Shown in pieces: positions 60,572-64,000 of a DNA stretch of 64,000 nucleotides; within the stretch, counting starts at the first letter, position 1, and every line of letters starts with the position of its first letter. Where the stretch lies: the NCBI GenBank assembly GCA_951406725.2, contig OX597815.1, positions 143,840,001-143,904,000 on the forward strand, read 5' to 3'. Made by a program: the position numbers and the translations under genes. Origin of the DNA: Octopus vulgaris. Lineage: Eukaryota. The notes under the pieces were generated by a model. It was not told the origin of the DNA and did not search any database. It worked only from the letters and a program-made list of their open reading frames with translations.

Positions 60572-61383
60572 CGATGGCTAGTGTGCAAAATGCTTAAATT
60601 TTCCTTGAGAAATAAAATGCTCTTACCAAACAAAATTTGAAACGCTGGGGAATTTAAACAACGAATTGAAATAATAGGTTTTAGCAAATCAAATCAATTC
60701 GCATTGAAACGCACAATTAGAAAATGTTAAATAAATTACCGTTAATAAGATGTCTGTTTATACCCATGAAACATTTTTCGTCAAATTTCGACATTTTTCA
60801 AAAAAATTAAAATCTATATTAATAGGTAGGACGAATTTGACGAAAAAATGAGCAGAGTCCGGTAGCGAACCCGTGTTGTTGTCGTTTTTGTGCATGTGCG
60901 TAAAATGGCGAAATTTTATGCTTCGGGGTAGATTTTGTCAAATTGATGTCAGAACGGCTAGTGCGCAAAATGCCTAAATTTTGCTTGAGAAATAAAATGG
61001 TTTTACCTAATCAAAACCTGAAACGCTGGGGATTTAAAACAACGAAAATAAATAAGTATTAGCAAATCAAATCAATTCGCATTGAAATGAAAAATTAGCA
61101 AATGTATAATAGATTACCGTTAATAAGCTGTCCGTTTATACCCATGAAACATCTGTCGTCAAATTGATGTCACGATGGCTAGGGCGAAAAATACCGAAAT
61201 TTTACAATTTTTGAAAAATCGATGCTGATTAAAAATCGATTTTTTAAAAAATTCCAAGTGCGTAAGTGACCGCATGGGCATAAGCCCCACAGACGTGTCA
61301 AGTTTCATCAAGGTTTGTTGGATAGTCTTGGAGGAGTTACAGTAACAAATTCACGAACATATAAACTTTCCATTTATTATTAT

Positions 61384-61385
<2 letters not shown>
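60572..61385 (-). mobile_element. Non-autonomous Helitron-like element with an internal ~210-bp direct repeat
   Basis: ggctagtg..cgtcaaatt at 60575-60788 and 60956-61165, third partial at ~61177; minus-strand start tataataataaa..gatgaaactt resembles Helitron-N 5' ends. Confidence 0.55.
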
Positions 61386-61459
<74 letters not shown>

Positions 61460-61462
<3 letters not shown>

Positions 61463-62335
61463 GTGGTCTGATCAATAAGTATCCGGACTGTTACTATAGT
61501 AACGAAACTGAAGTACGCAGAGTGAAGCCACTTGGCACCAATAGACCTTGAACTCTGCTGTGCATGCGCACTAAGTTTTAACGTTCTATCTCACTTCTAC
61601 TGTTTACAACAGTGCTTGGAAGAAAGGTGTGTAGCGTGTGATCATTGCATTGACCATGACAGAGAAAGTCGTCATGGTGATACCTGCTCAGAGGCCAACG
61701 AAAAGTTGCAGAAAGTGTATAGAGAGGATTGTATTAGCAGCACATAAGTGCGTTTCCAAAATGGCCGAATAATGTTGATATTGATAAACGATCTGGAAGA
61801 CTTTCAACTAGCAGAACTGAGAAAAACGTCGCAGATGTACGTGTAGCTGTGAGAGGAAATCGTCGAATCACCATCCGTTAGTTATCAGAGGATGTGCAGA
61901 TTAATTACTGTTCAGTCCATTATCACTAAAGACTTGGGTATGAGACGTGCGTATGCCAAGTTTGTGCTAAAATTGCTTTCAGCTTACCAAAGAGACACTC
62001 GGGTTTCAGTTGCACAAGATCCCCTTGATTGTGTGGAGAACGATGAAAATTCTTTGAAAACTTTGCGTAGGCATCTAAGAAGGTATCACCAAGCTTTTGA
62101 CAAAATTTGATGCAGATTCTCTGTTCAGCTTTTTCTCATGGTCAATGCGACGATCACACGCTACACACGTTCCTTCTAAGCACTGCTGTAAACAGTGGAA
62201 GTGAGCTAGAATGTTAAAACTTAGTGTGTATGCACAACAGAATTGGAGGTCAATCTGTGCCAAGCAGCTTCACTCTGCGTGCTTTAGCTTCGTTATTATG
62301 GCAACAGTCCGGATACTTATTGATCAGATGACGTG
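61460..62335. mobile_element. Mariner derivative with two 5' ends (long TIRs)
   Basis: 62060-62335 is an inverted copy of the left TIR, 5' UTR and first codons (EQRICIKFCQKLGDT); interior retains RSGR..TS and AKFV.K.L motifs. Confidence 0.92.
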
Positions 62336-62563
62336 TGTATGTATGCATGTATGTATGTAAGTATGTATGTATGTATGTATGTGTGTACGTATAGAGTGTT
62401 TGAAGTGGTGTACAGATATTGTTTGTTGAGAAATCATTTTGGCTTTAATTTTTATCTTGAAGAGTTCGGTTAACGAACGAAAGCGCTAATTAAGAATTGT
62501 CCAAAATCCTGACTGTCTCTTCTTTCACTCCCTTACTCTCTTTCTCTCTCTCTCTCTCTTTCT

Positions 62564-62644
<81 letters not shown>

Positions 62645-64000
62645 TTTTAGGAATATGAAATTACTAGGAGGAGTGGATTCCCAGTCTCTTCGCTCCCGCC
62701 CCCACCCCGCCCCCTTTTAGTCGCCTCATACGCCACGCAGGGAATACGGCGACTGCATTTTACCACTACCACCCTCCCCAGTCGCATAGAACGGAGCTCC
62801 CCTCTTTGAGCTGGGAAATGAATGGAATGCCTGGTGTGTGATTCCTAAAAATAATGGGGAATAGGCCTGGATATATATATATATATATATATTAGAGAAT
62901 GCTCCTATGATATTTTATACTGTCCTCTTATCTCTTTGTAAACTGTTGACTGATTTCTGTTGAATTTCAGGTTAATTATTCTTCTCCTGGTGGCGGAGTT
63001 CTCAATGAGAGCTTTTTACTTGTGTTTGAAGGTGATCGATTTATAATAAAATGTTCTATTGCTATTATCTATAAATACTTTTCTATTTTGTTTTTCTGTT
63101 TTTGCTAACGATAAGTATAGTTATTTGCTTGCATTTCATAAGTACTGGTAAATAAGTTGTATTATTCCATAGATCATTGATATTTTCCCGTTTTTGAAAT
63201 CCATGGTGCTATTTTATTGTTGTTCAACCTTTGTTTACTCATTTAGTATCACCAAGATAGTGATTAACATTTCTGGAAAGAAGATATAAACTGACGTTTA
63301 TTGACCAAACGATAATTCATTACTCTTTTGTAAATATTCGCCTCCCATATGATTGCTGTTAACATCAATTTAGCGAGTGTCTTATCAATACTAGTCAAAT
63401 ACGATCTGTTTTGTAGCGCGAGTTTTTAAAAAATGGAACAATCTTTCCCTGTAATATTTCATTAAGGATATATTTCAATTGCTTACAATCTGGGCATACG
63501 AAGATTATAACATGTCTATAATTGTAACTACTGCAAGATGTTGAAAGTCGGTCTATTGCAAGGTAAAACAGAAGCAGTTGAAGTATGGTCTGTTGTTATA
63601 TGTTATATCCCAGTTTGTAGGCGTTTGTATGACCAAGGAATATATTCAAGCATTTATATTTATGTACTGTTCTCACTTTTGGTAATGAAGCTACAATTAT
63701 CCAATGCATTCACCAAATGCTGCTGTTGTAATTGTTTTATCATGAAATCGTTTGGAGAGAAGTTCGTTTCGGTACATATTCATCTTATTTACATAGCTAA
63801 CGGGCATATCTTTGAACCATTTCATAGCAATTACTTGTCGTTATTGAGTTCATAACTAATAAGATTCTGTTCACATTTTTTGATATTGTATTTTTTCTTT
63901 TGGGCTTTTCATCACTGCTGCTGTTGTTGACGTTGTCATATCCAATCATGCTGTTTGTGCAAATACAAATTAAAGACAAATATCTTTACGATCTTGAATA

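Noticed and set aside
62900-64000. Possible decayed retroelement or host exon
   Set aside because: I could not identify a convincing motif in any frame, so it is left unannotated.

Overview
This is a very AT-rich, microsatellite-saturated stretch of animal nuclear DNA. The SINE set and the (TA)n/(CATA)n/(CA)n density suggest an octopus or other coleoid cephalopod; that assignment is inferred, not searched. I find no supportable host protein-coding gene, and most ORFs in the track are translated microsatellites. The window holds nested transposon debris: several R4/Dong-like REL LINE fragments, Penelope-like (GIY-YIG) fragments, one young 5'-truncated CR1/L2-group LINE with an open RT frame, Tx1/L1-like tails, three mariner derivatives plus a mariner MITE, a hAT MITE with an 8-bp TSD, Helitron pieces (one with a PIF1-type helicase) and four families of tRNA-like SINEs. 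The most notable hidden structure is a set of short inserts in (TA)n tracts carrying type I hammerhead ribozyme motifs. There are eight full or variant copies in five sequence families, plus three orphan 3' halves. Each full copy has a palindromic helix III, which points to dimeric self-cleavage. Several sit in long inverted repeats, including one ~450-bp palindrome with a hammerhead on each strand. Boundaries of decayed elements were set by eye and are approximate.
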